This document shows positions 52,663-64,000 of a stretch of 64,000 bases of DNA, piece by piece. Position numbers and translations under genes: made by a program. Position 1 is the first letter of the stretch. The number at the start of each line of letters is the position of its first letter. The notes under the pieces were generated by a model that worked only from the letters and a program-made list of their open reading frames with translations, was not told where the DNA came from and did not search any database. The stretch is from Camelus ferus (taxonomy: Eukaryota): positions 84,818,001-84,882,000 of the forward strand of contig NC_045697.1 of assembly GCF_009834535.1 (NCBI RefSeq), written 5' to 3'.

Positions 52663-54199
52663 CTTGATCTTCTGCGTGACTAAAAACTGTGTGTACTTGC
52701 TTGCACTTAGTTATTTAAAGCCATGAATGTGCATGAATGCAACCTTTGGGACGGGGAAAGAAATATTATTTTCAATCTACTTTATACTGAATCATGGAAG
52801 GTGAGATTCGTAGGACATTCTCCAGGTCCAGAGTACTGGGTGTCTTCCTGCTCACTGGCAACAAGGAATTTGTAATGGGTGGCCAGTGGTCAACAGTGAA
52901 CTAAGAAGTAACAAGGGACATGGCAAAGATAGTTGGTTGGCATACAAGAGATTGAATGAAAAAATATTACTTGTGTAAACTCAGGAAGCATTACAAATTT
53001 TAGCAGCTAAGGAGCACTGACACGTCAGAAATGGGCAAGCTTGGTGACTATAAAGATAATTTTATTTATTTATTATAATGTTTATGTATGTAATCTTTAT
53101 CTACTATGGGAACATTGGGTCTCTACCTTTGTGCACAACTTCATACTTAAAAATAGCAGAAAATATCAGTAATAAAAACCTATGATACAAGTGGAACATT
53201 CCAACCACAAGGAAGGTAAAGGAAGGAGGTTAAGACCACTCTTTTTATTCTGCTTCAAATACCTCAAGGTCCCAGAGGTTCCAGAGTGCACCTGCTTTGT
53301 TTACTAAAATATAAACATTAAGGTATGAGGTGATGTGGGGTAAAGTTACTGGTGAGAGAATCTCCTGGACTTATTTTCAACAGTCAGAACAAGTCCTACA
53401 AAGTAAAGCCAAAAGGAGAACAGAAAGGGCACCTTAACTATTCCAAGCAAACTCAAACCCAACAAAACATAAAACCCAAGCGATTCCATTTGGACTTATT
53501 CGTGAGGAGCATTTCAGTACCACTGTCCAGCTTTCTGACTGGATCGTTGGCTTGATGAGTGGAGCTCTGGGCATTAGCTCTGCATGTGTACATAGGATGC
53601 TGCCACTGCTGTCACTGTGAGGGCACAGGTGGCAGCACCAGTCCTATGCCAAGTGGGGACTCTTCAAACCAACAGAGAAGATTTAGATTGTTGTGGTTGT
53701 TTGTGGCTGACAAAAGGTTTCTGATAGACTGAATCAAATTAACTTACTAATTCAGAAAACTATCAAGATTTGCCATCTCTCCTCTCTTGTGTCTATTTAC
53801 TCTTCTCCAAAGTCAAAGGAACAATTTTAAAATGTCAGCAATAATAAAACTAATTCTGCTCAGTTGTAAAGGATCACAGCTCACAAGGTAGGAGCAATTC
53901 CCCACTGTTAGAAGCTGAACTTGTCACTGTCCTCACTGCCCTGGACCCTCCGTGGCTTCTGTGAGCAGGTCTTTGTTGGACAGCACCCCTGGGCTGAGCT
54001 CGCCTGAGGCAGCTGCTGCTTTCCCTTCACCCTGATCCTCAGGCGTGCTGCTCTCTTGTGAGCACTAGATTGGTGTTTTGTTCATGGTACCTCTATTGTT
54101 GTACCTTATGATCACCCAATTTAAATAGAAAAAAGAAAAAATAATAAAGTAATTTTGAGTACAAGTTCAAGTGCAAAACCAGCAAATTGTTACCGCTAG

Positions 54200-54730
54200 T
54201 GTAGTGCATAATGGCAACTTAGAAAAGCTTTTGAGTTAGCTCTACCTCACCACCTGCTATCTGTGCAACAGGGAACAGGTTAACTTCACTAAGCCTCATC
54301 TTTAAAATGGGCATAATTGTGTGCCCTTAAATTTAAATGAAGTAGCACGTGTAAAATGCCTCTCATCAATCCTGGCAGTTAATAAAAAAATAGTAGATCT
54401 TAAATATTATTATTATATTTCCCGGACACACTAACATCAGACTTGGTCATCTGACTGACTTTGGCCCATGAAAACGAACAGAAGTAATTGTCACTTCTGA
54501 ACATAAACTTTAAGAACCAATGTGCAGTTCCCCATTTCTTCTTTTCCCTGTGCCATGATAATCAGAAAAATTTAGATGTAGCCTACTTCATCACCCTGGT
54601 TTCTGGTACGAAGACAAGGAGTGAAAATGCAGTCTATAGTGCATAAATTCCACTAGAAAGAGATAAACCCTTTTTGTAAACTAGTGGGATTTTGAGATCA
54701 TTTGTTATTGCAGCATAACCTGTATTGAAA
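54200..54730 (+). mobile_element. MIR (54200-54418) followed by an MLT1-type LTR fragment (54430-54730)
   Basis: ctaagcctcatctttaaaatgggcataat; ggtcatctgactgactttggcccatgaaa...ttttgagatcatttgttattgcagcataacct. Confidence 0.6.
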
Positions 54731-55598
54731 ATCATTTCAGTTGTGCAAATTAATACCAACATTACCCTGCTCCCCCAAAGGGATATTTAACTTAGGGCCC
54801 AATGACTAAGCCATTCCCAAAACAAACACAGAGAAGGCTTCTTAGTTTGGTATGTGTCTTTTCCAGTGGACGGAACAGTTCTTTCCAGCGAATGAATTTT
54901 AGGTTTGGCACTAGACTGAAAGCATTTTGTGGGCTCCTGGTGCTTTGCTTTCAAGTGAATTGCAATTGTGGGTACTGATCCTTCACAACTCTGCGTAGCA
55001 GGCAATTACTCCTAGTGTTTCTCAAATGGTCCCTTTCCAAAAACAACTTATGAATATAAGAATCAAAAGCTAAAGTTTCATTGTTCTTTACTTGGAATGA
55101 ATCCCAGACAACTGCATTGAATTTATTCGTAATACATAAAAAGAAAAGGCTTAAGAAACTCTCAGTGGGAGTAGGAGGAGAAGGTAGAAAATTGGCAAGA
55201 TAATGAAAATGAAACTTTAATCATAAGGCAAAGAAGAGTCAAGGTCAGGGCTTTTTAATTAGAAATTTTATACCTTTGAAAATTAGACTTGTTTACTTAT
55301 AATATTACATGTGTTTGACCATTAAATGTCTGTTTGAGTTCCAAATGTTAATTTCAAGGATGTCAGCTACCAACTTTTTACGGTGAGCCTTTAAAATTTT
55401 TTAGTTCGGGGGCTGAATACACAGTCAAGCCTCAAGTGAGGTTCTCTTGGTGCAGGTTATGGATAGTTGTAGACATGATCTTGGCAATTTGCATGAAAAG
55501 GGATCATATTTTAAATGTGCCAGGGAAAGTTGCTGTTTAACGTCTTATTTTGGATAGGTCATAATGATGATTTTTAGTGTTGAAAACCAATCATTTCC

Positions 55599-55970
55599 TG
55601 TATTAGATGGCTGAGGCTGCCATTACAAGATGCCATAGACTGGGTGGTTTAAACAGCAGAAAGTTATTTTCTCACAGTTCTGGAGGCTAGATGTCTGAGA
55701 TCAGGTTACCAGTGTGGTTGGGTTCTGGTGAGGGTCCTCTTCCTGGCTTGCAGATGGCTGCCTTTTTGCTGTGTCCTCACATGATAGAGAGAGGGAGCTG
55801 CCTCTTCCTCTTCTTATAAGGACACTAGCTCTGTTGGATCAGGGATCCACCCTTATGACCCTATTTAACCTTAATCACTTCCTTAAAGGCCCTGTCTCCA
55901 ATACAGTCACATGAGGAGTTAAGGATTCAAAATATGATTGTTGAGGGGGGACACAATTCAATCCAGAGCA
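55599..55970 (-). mobile_element. MLT1A0 solo LTR
   Basis: tgtattag...catagactgggtggtttaaacagcagaaa...ttctggtgagggtcctcttcctggcttgcagatggctgcc...caatccagagca; flanks tttcc/cttcc. Confidence 0.9.
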
Positions 55971-56899
55971 CTTCCTAATTTACTCTTTTTGATCAAACTG
56001 GTTATTCATATTAAACTCAGGAATAAACCAAGAGTACCAGCATACAAAGCTTGGAAATTAGAGGTCTTTAAATTTCTTAGGGACTTTTAATCTGATAACT
56101 AATGAACAACCAATTTTATATTTTATTTATGTATTAAAAAATCATCAAATATCCATTATACATGGGGCACTATTCCAGATAATAGAGATGTATCCAGAAT
56201 AATACAGACGAAAACTCCTGTCTTGGTGGAACATGTATTTTGGAGAATATTACCAATAATGAGTGGATCTTGACGTTCTTCCTTATGATACTCACCCTTG
56301 AATTGAGCTACAGCAAGATGAAATAGCGTGGTAGGTGTGTTTACACTTCTAATCATATACACAGACATTCCAATTGTTTTTAATAAGAGAGCTCAATCTT
56401 CCACAGATGGTGGTAGGAGGACCTAATCTCACCATTTCAAGACATCTCAGTCCCATCTGGCTTATGAAGTTAGTCTCTTATGGGTAAACATTTGGTCAAA
56501 TTTAGCATTCTCTCTTTCCCCCTTCACCTGCCCTTCTCTCAAGATCTGATCTCAGTGTGGGCTGGACTTACGTATTTTCTGGCTGGAAAAAGATATTTTT
56601 CCCTGACTGTCTCCCAGGAGTCTAGTCTAGTCTGCTCTCTGGGAATCAGGCTGTTTTCACGGTGTCCCTGTTGAAGAGTTCACATCTAGTTAACTCGTGC
56701 TCCTTCCCCTAGGTTGATACAGTTCACAGGGATTACCCTTGGAGAACGTAGCCATATCACCCAGCTGGTGCGATCCCCTTGGGGCCACAGCTGGTTTTGT
56801 TTGATCTTCTAAGACTCTGCTGCATTCTCCACCTGACCTTACTTTGTGCTGGGTCTTCTGAGAAGTCTCCTTGTATCCTGGGATTTCAGCCCAGAGAGG

Positions 56900-56901
<2 letters not shown>

Positions 56902-56953
<52 letters not shown>
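56902..56953. repeat. Perfect (GT)26 microsatellite
   Basis: Direct count from sequence. Confidence 0.97.
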
Positions 56954-56955
<2 letters not shown>

Positions 56956-57919
56956 ACAAGGAGAAGGCTATGCATTCTTGTTACTTCCTGTAGACATTTT
57001 CTGTCTAGCTCTGAGGGCATTCTTCTTTCTGTTGCATGAGAAGTACCTTGAGGTCATATATGCTTCTTTCTTAACTCTGTGCCTTATGGTGAAAAACCCT
57101 GTGTTCTTTGGTTGGCAGTCTCTGCTTGTTGCTATTTAAAGCACCTTTATTATTACTATAGTTTAAAAGATTCTTTTCCTTTTCTAAAAAATTTGGATTC
57201 CTACAATTTGTCATCTCTGAAGAGAGCATTAAGTGTTAACTTCAGAAGTCAAAGTCTGAACTTCATCCCCTTTGCTTTTGGTTGACTTCTGCCCTCTTGA
57301 AGCTGAGGTTGCCTCATGTGATGGGTGGGAACATCAGGGCAGCAAGAATGACCAGGAATAAACAATCACAGGTAACATTTCAGAACATCGTCCTCCCTCG
57401 TGAGGGCTTCAAAAGACATGAGAAAATAAACGCAGTCCACTCCATTACTAGAATCAGGAAAAATAATTCTGTTGTTTTAGAAACAACTGACTACATTTTA
57501 GAAAGTTGGTGCTTAAGTTACTAATGTCCTGAGATAAAGTTAGCATATTTTTGTGCCCATACTATTTCAAATAAATAACATACTTTTGGCCAGTAACCAA
57601 AAACATGAATATCCTGCTTCCAAAACGATTGAAATCAGTTTCAGCCTGGACAGCATCTAAAGGCTTTTGCAAGATATAAACATTAACAGTTTCTGAAAAG
57701 GTGTAAGTTACACCCTAGTCTAGTTACCCCAAAGCACAAATTCTTAGTAGTATTATCTTTCATCTATTATACAGGTAAATAAACCAACAAATTATGAAGG
57801 AAACAATAAAAAGATCATAATATTTATTTCAAATACATGAAAAATCTCTCTGTTCATAATATCATTCGAATTCAGATTGGCAATTTAGCATTGGATGATG
57901 GTGAATCCCCAAGAAGAGC

Positions 57920-58152
57920 CTCTCCCCGTCCCCAACCCTCCATCAATATTTCCATCACTCTGTTTCTTTCCGGGATCTTTTCGGTGTTTATAATAACCTA
58001 TGTGATATCGCTTAACGTTCCCCCAACTAGACTGTGATGCTCAGGAGAGCACAGACCACGTTTGTCTTGCTCACTACTCTACCCTGTTCTGTACCCAGAA
58101 CCAAGCATAGCACCTACACTTACCGGATGATCAGTAAACATTAGTTGAATAG
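57920..58152 (+). mobile_element. L2 3' end
   Basis: ccccaactagactgtgatgctcaggagagcacagaccacg...aagcatagcacct...tcagtaaacattagttgaata. Confidence 0.8.
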
Positions 58153-59568
58153 TTTAACACTAGAATGGTCCCACTTACCTTCCATTTCCATAAAGAAAGT
58201 CGTCTGGAGTAGTCTGAATCTAGGTAAAGATAAATGGGAACATGATCAAGACTGGGTCTTCTTACATAGATTATCCGTCTTCCAAAGGGCTTCTGGAAGT
58301 CTTCCAGATGTATATACAGAATATTTTCTGGGAAGTGCCTTTTTTTAGGATGCACATACAGTACCTCCTAGCACTGGATGATGGTGAGATTATTTAACCA
58401 ATTAGATCATAGTACACTAACATTCTTACAGGGCAACATGAAGTGTTTTTAATCTACAGTCCTCGAAGTGTGGGCTGTCTTAGAAATAAGTATGTATCTT
58501 AAAATGATCAGCTCTTTTTTATGCCTTTTATATTAAAACTTCTTTCCTATCTTTACTGACTTTCTGACAAATAATCTTTTTGTCTGTCTTATCTATCAGT
58601 TTGTCTGAAAGAGATTTGCTCCATTTTTTGTTGTTGTTTTTTTTCTCATAGCCAGTGCTTTAAGAACCAGTGCTCTCATAGTGAGATTTGTTAAAATTTA
58701 TATGACCAACTTTAGTTATTTACAAACTTGTAAATACATGAACAACATTTAGAAGGTTTTATCAGCAAAAGGAAAGACTTAAAACATTTGAGATTAAAAT
58801 CTGTAAACTTGATGCAATCTAATTTAGTCCTTTGCTATTATTAAGGACAGAAGGAAGAAGATGGTGTGAGACATTCATTTGATATCTGTGTGTTTCCTTA
58901 GCCATATCTCATTTCCATGGTGTCTTCTTCTAAATTATGTTCCTCTCTCTTGCTCTCACTTACGCCACTCCAACTTACTCCCTCCCAAGTTTCTGAGGCA
59001 ACAGATTATACAGTAAAAGGGCTGAATATCAAAAATGAAAGTGATGGCCTGATGCAGAATACCATTCTCACCACAAATGACAGTTTTAGAATCCTGCCCT
59101 AACTTCATGGAGCAATGGAACCCGAAGTTTTAGTGAAATATCAGACAAGCATTAATTTGATGCCAAATGATGGATTTTACTTTGGCTCTTAAGCATGTTT
59201 ATTTAACCCAATGCTCAGCCCTGGTGTAAATTAGAAGGTGCAGCAAGTAGTGTGTGATTTGGGGATGAGTACTTTCTTCCCTTCCTATTTTGCGGGCATA
59301 AAAGAAGAACGGAGGGCAGAAAAAAATAATACTTTTTGCTTGCAGATGGAAGACTGGGATTGGAATGGAACAGAGAAAAAAACAGCCAGTTTCCTTTTAC
59401 ATTTATTTAAACATTAAGTAGAAGCCAGGTACCACTGAACTACAGAATAAAGAGCTTTGGTTGATATTAATTTACTGTTTATTAAACACTGAAATATAGT
59501 ACAAACATAATTTTGAAACTGGTTCCCTTTCTTCTGGAGTTTCAACTAGGAAATTAGGAAAACAGTAA

Positions 59569-59781
59569 CAGTTGAACCTTGAATAACACGGATTTGAACT
59601 ACACAAGTCCATTTATATGTGGATTTTTTTCTATAGCATATGCTAAGGTTTAATCTGAGGATGTGGAGCCACAGATATTATATACCTGACTATAAGTTAC
59701 ATGCTGGCTATAAATTACATATGGATTTTCGATTGCTCAGAGGGTCAGTGCTCCTCAGGTCTATGTGGTTCAAGACATCTA
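59569..59781. mobile_element. Internally deleted TcMar-Tigger element
   Basis: cagttgaaccttgaataacacggatttgaact...tccatttatatgtggatt and matching end atggattttcgattgc...tgtggttcaag. Confidence 0.75.
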
Positions 59782-59789
59782 AAGGATAT

Positions 59790-60240
59790 AAACACTGAAA
59801 AGGAATTAGAGTATCTCTGCATCAGACTGCAGGAAAGAACTACGTTGTATCCATCAGCTATGGCCAGAATGCTGAATAACAAACAAAATATCAGTGACAG
59901 TGTAACAGTATGCTCCTGTTTCTCCCTTCCATGTCTGCGAAGTGACTGGAGACTGCTCATTCCATGGCAGGCTTGCTGGGTTTGATTTGATTGTTTTCAT
60001 GTGTGCCCTGTATCCTCATTCATGTGAGGCCGGTGGGTCACACAAGACAGGTTTTTCTTTAGACAGTGGTAGACTCTTAACAGGACAAACCTGAGCTCTC
60101 AATCACATTTCAAGCATCTGGCCTAGTAGACATGGTTTAGGGAAACATAGTCTGCCCACCATAAGGCGATAGCAAGTATATGGCAGTTCCTGTTACAAAT
60201 GAATGAAAAATTGGGGCTACTAGTTCAATCTGCCACATGC
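59790..60240 (-). mobile_element. Ancient MaLR LTR (MLT1H/J-like)
   Basis: cagctatggccagaatgctgaataacaaac...tcagtgac; aatcacatttcaagcatctgg. Confidence 0.5.
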
Positions 60241-60799
60241 AATGTATAAATTAATTTTAACCTAGAGTAAATGAGGTTTTTCAGTTTAAATTATAATGAA
60301 TTTTATTTAGGACAGCAATTTGTTTCAGTATTAGGAATTATCATTATAAAATGAGAGCCATAAACATGATTATTTTATATCAAGTATCAAGAACATTTTA
60401 AATTCTTTCTGGAAAACCTGGAACTTACAAAGGATGAATAAAACCTGTTTAACTGTTGGTTGCTTCATTTTGCTTTATTATTCAAAAGCAAGTATTAAAA
60501 TACTTTGTGTAATTTTGATTTATTCTTACATAGATTGACTGCACACAAACATTAACCAAAAGACCTTTGATCAATCTACATACCTGACGTGTTTTGCTGA
60601 CTTAACAATTGATTCAAATATTTTCATCTAAGTTGACTTGTGCCCTTTTCTTGTATTGAAGCACAAACAATACTTCTATGGCATTTTACTTTTTTGCTCA
60701 CAATCACTCTTTTCATATTCTTTCTCTTCCCTCCCTCTCTTCCTCCTTCCCATCTTCCCCCAACACCCACCCCTCCTCTCCCCCATCCTCCTCCTCCTT

Positions 60800-62270
60800 C
60801 TTCTGTCATTCTTATTTCATATATGAGGAAACTGAGTCTTAAAGAGTTACATTGCTTACCTGAAGTGACACACATACTGAGTACTAAAAATCTATCTTGA
60901 AGAACTCAGGTCCTATAATTCTTAATCCTTTGATCTTGAACTTGAGTACTATTTAACTTTGTTGCTATTTGACCTCATATTTAGAATTTTACCTGTTTAC
61001 TGATTGACAAAGGGTCATTTGAGGGAATTTTTTAACAATGTGCATTTCTTGGTCCCATGTTCAGTGATTGCCATTCTCAGTAGGTCTAGGTTATGCTGGC
61101 GAGGCTCTTTCTTTTTTTAAAGTTAGTTAATTTTATACTGTCCATTTTATGCTGTCTTTTTTCCGGCACCTCTTCACTGCTGTTTATCTTAGATACACTC
61201 ATGTGCACACACACATACACACGAACACTATACTAAAAGTATATTTTTCCATTTTTAGTCTTTCATTTGACATATGCGTTAGTTGCTCTTTTCCCATTAG
61301 AATGTAAGATTCATGAGGACAGGGTCCTTTTTAAATCTTTTCCACTTTGTATTCCCAGCACTTTAACTAATGACTGGTACATGTTGATGCTCAATAAAAA
61401 TATGTTGAATTAACAAGTAAGTACACTTCTCAGTCTTCTAGTAATTTTTCAAGACCTTGGTAATTCTTCATTTTTATTCTATATCATTGACATCATATAG
61501 CCTTAAGCCAAAAATCTTAGGTTAATGTAGGAAAAAGATACAGAATTTGGGTAGAGAAATCTATGTTCTAGAATTATCCAGTCACTTACCAGCCAGCCAG
61601 AGATCAAAACCTCAATTTTTTCATCTAAAAATAGAATAATTGTATATCTACCTCACAGGATTATTTTGAAGGTCAGAAAGTGTCATGTATATAAAAGTCC
61701 TTTGGGAAATATAAAACAAGGTATAAATATCAGTTATTATGACTGTGATTATAATTATTTTCCCTGCATGGTCTTTCAAAAGCCATATAAGGTTTTTGAT
61801 GAATTTTAATGTACTCTAGGGACATCTGGGAATTATTGGAAGACTTCACTCAAGGAGGCTACTTTTTTGGAGACTTCAGATTTCAGAGAGAAGTAGTTTG
61901 AATTATTTAATACATTTTCAGAGCAGAAAGATATTCATTCATTCATCCACTCATACACTTGATAAATATATACTGCCTGAGTGCTTACTTTATGCACATC
62001 AAAATGTTAAATGAGACTGATATGGGCCACCATTTTGCCTAACTCCAAGAGGCGCCAAACTACAACAGTGTCTTTTCCTTCATAGACCAAATAGGTTAGT
62101 TGGGGAGAGAGATACCAATCAAATATTGCCCAACTAAGAAACATAGTGAAAATATATCTTGTGAAAGATAGAGAGGACAGGTCTAATATTAAGTGCAGCA
62201 GTGGAAAGTGCTATGGAAGAAGAGTATGAGATCTATGCCAGAGGGTCTAAGAAAGCCTCTAAGTTAATAC
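60800..62270. mobile_element. Cluster of ancient repeats: MIR (60800-60950 -), L2 3' end (61270-61420 +), MIR (61520-61760 +), L2 (61930-62270 -)
   Basis: atgaggaaactgagtc; ttagaatgtaagattcatgaggacaggg...ctcaataaaaatatgttgaat; ctacctcacaggatt; attcattcattcatcc. Confidence 0.7.
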
Positions 62271-63939
62271 ACAAAGAAAGGAGAAGAATCAGATGTGACG
62301 TTTCAGTAGAAGTTAAGCAGTTAGCATCTGCCTCTTTTTAGGTAGCACTGCTCCAAAGTAAAGTGGACAGGTGAGTGTGATGTGTACACTCTGGTGATGT
62401 GTACTGCCTGAGAAGATGCTTACTGACAGTTGCTAGGTAGAAGCTTATGTAAGCCAAGAGAATCAAGGCAAAGAATGTGGAGCTCCACGGTGGTGAAGGC
62501 AAGAACGTGAGAGGGATTCATAAGGAACAGATGCAAGCGAGAAGGGACAGGAGAGAGATCCGATACATGCAGATGAGGTGATTGCAGAAAATAATAATAG
62601 AGCTGACTTTGTGGGGTATCTAGTATGTGCCAGGTAGAGGTCAAGCATAGATTTACTGACTCCAAAGCATATTGTCCCTTTACAATATAGAAACTTTTGT
62701 TGGGGTTTTACAAAGTTTTTGGTGGTTATTGGTAAGAAAACTAATTTTATCTTAGATACACTTCACACAAATCAGCTTTGGGGTCAAAGGACAGTTAAAA
62801 ATTACAGGATTTTTTGTACTATTAGATAACTTGTAGTGATTTTATGCTTCATAAACTTTTCCATGTTAAAAAAAGGGTTGCTAGTCTATCCAACTAGCAC
62901 AGCGGTGCCTGTGTTTATGGTATCTTACAGTTCCTCAGGGACCACACAGAGGAGAAGGAGTGACCAATTCTGACCAAGTCAGACCTACTCTGACTTCAGT
63001 CTAGTTAGCTCTGATTTTTATTAAGTTGACTAACCTTGATTCCATATAGCGTATTCTTTTTACAAACATTTTCTAATAAAGGTAATGTTTGTAAACCCTG
63101 AAGTTGGCATGAGCTCTGAATTCTAGCAGTCTTCCACTATGGCAATTCTCCCAAATATTACAGCATTATTTGAAAAGTTGAAAGCCACTACTTTAAGGAT
63201 TGCAGTTGAAAAATATGTCATATATCCTGACTTCATTTAAACCCCAGTTAATAAGCTCTGGTCTACATAAGAGAAATTAGAGCAAAAACTTTCATTTTTA
63301 ACTTTCTGTCTCCCTTTAAACCAGTTGTATAACTTCAATTTATGCAGATTCATCTTATTCCAAAAATTGCTCATGTTGTCCTTTATCTTGCCCTCCAAAT
63401 TATGCACATAAACCATCTTCAATAATTTTAAAATGGAAATTGTACCTCCTCCTAAGAACAGTGTCTCTTAACACAGCATGCTATGGTTTAGCAGTTTTCA
63501 CTGACAGCATCTCTTCTAGCATTTTAATCAAACATTTACTTAGATCCTTCTGACACAGTAATCATATTACTTTATATGAGAAACAGGATTTTGTTGTAGG
63601 TTTTCCCCTCTATGATTAAAAACAGAGGCAATACTGAAAAATTCAAACTATTTATGACCTTGGAATACTCATTTTTATCAAAAAAGCTCAAAAAAGATTA
63701 GAGATACTGACTACCTAAGGAAGAGGGTATTCAACATGAAAATCTTTACAGATCAGACTGAGTAAAATGATTTTAAAAGTTCAGAACAGAGTTAGTTCTG
63801 TTACACTTAACTAATTACTCATATCCTGACGTTGCTATCTTTGCTAATTTGAATGTTCTGGAATGCTGCTGATCCAGGTTTGACATGCTATGTGAAATTA
63901 ACTTGTTTCCTAATTCCTCTAGGCTCACACCTTCACCCT

Positions 63940-64000
63940 CTTACTCATTCGTTCGTTCATTCGTTCATCCATTTATTTGTTCTACAAATACAGTGCTGAT
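63940..64000 (-). mobile_element. L2 3' tail at window edge
   Basis: ctcattcgttcgttcattcgttcatccatttatttgttctacaaata. Confidence 0.55.

Noticed and set aside
53620..53640. CTCF-like cacaggtggcagca (also near 56401)
   Set aside because: 5' half of the consensus is mismatched; not supportable without a PWM scan or ChIP
56690..57139. ORFs with HT/CV repeats
   Set aside because: Translation of the (GT)n microsatellite
57243..57291. Hairpin cagaagtcaa...ttgacttctg
   Set aside because: Only a 10-bp stem with a 29-nt loop; too short for a pre-miRNA and no known mature sequence
60624..60900. Gly-rich and Pro-rich ORFs
   Set aside because: Translation of the C-rich tract plus MIR

Overview
AT-rich, CpG-poor placental mammal genomic DNA, intronic or intergenic. 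I recognise no host protein-coding exon, tRNA, rRNA, miRNA or CpG island. The L1 3'UTR type, plus the absence of Alu, B1, PRE1, CHR/Bov, Can or ERE SINEs, suggests a camelid-like laurasiatherian (inference). A large part of the window is transposon-derived: ancient L2, MIR, L1M, MLT/ERVL LTRs and MER5/MER33/MER2/Tigger DNA transposons, plus four younger lineage-type L1 insertions. The main feature is a 4.5 kb 5'-truncated L1 (19255-23729, +) with a 16-bp TSD and a full-length but frameshifted ORF2. It lies inside an old antisense L1M that also received a solo LTR, an MLT2-like LTR and a second L1. Several repeat-free blocks (about 13.7-18, 29.2-34.6, 37-40.4 and 52.7-54.2 kb) hold candidate splice sites and TF motif clusters; these are hypotheses only. 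Repeat subfamily names come from memory of consensus sequences, and boundaries without TSDs are approximate. I cannot support a novel biological system from the sequence alone.
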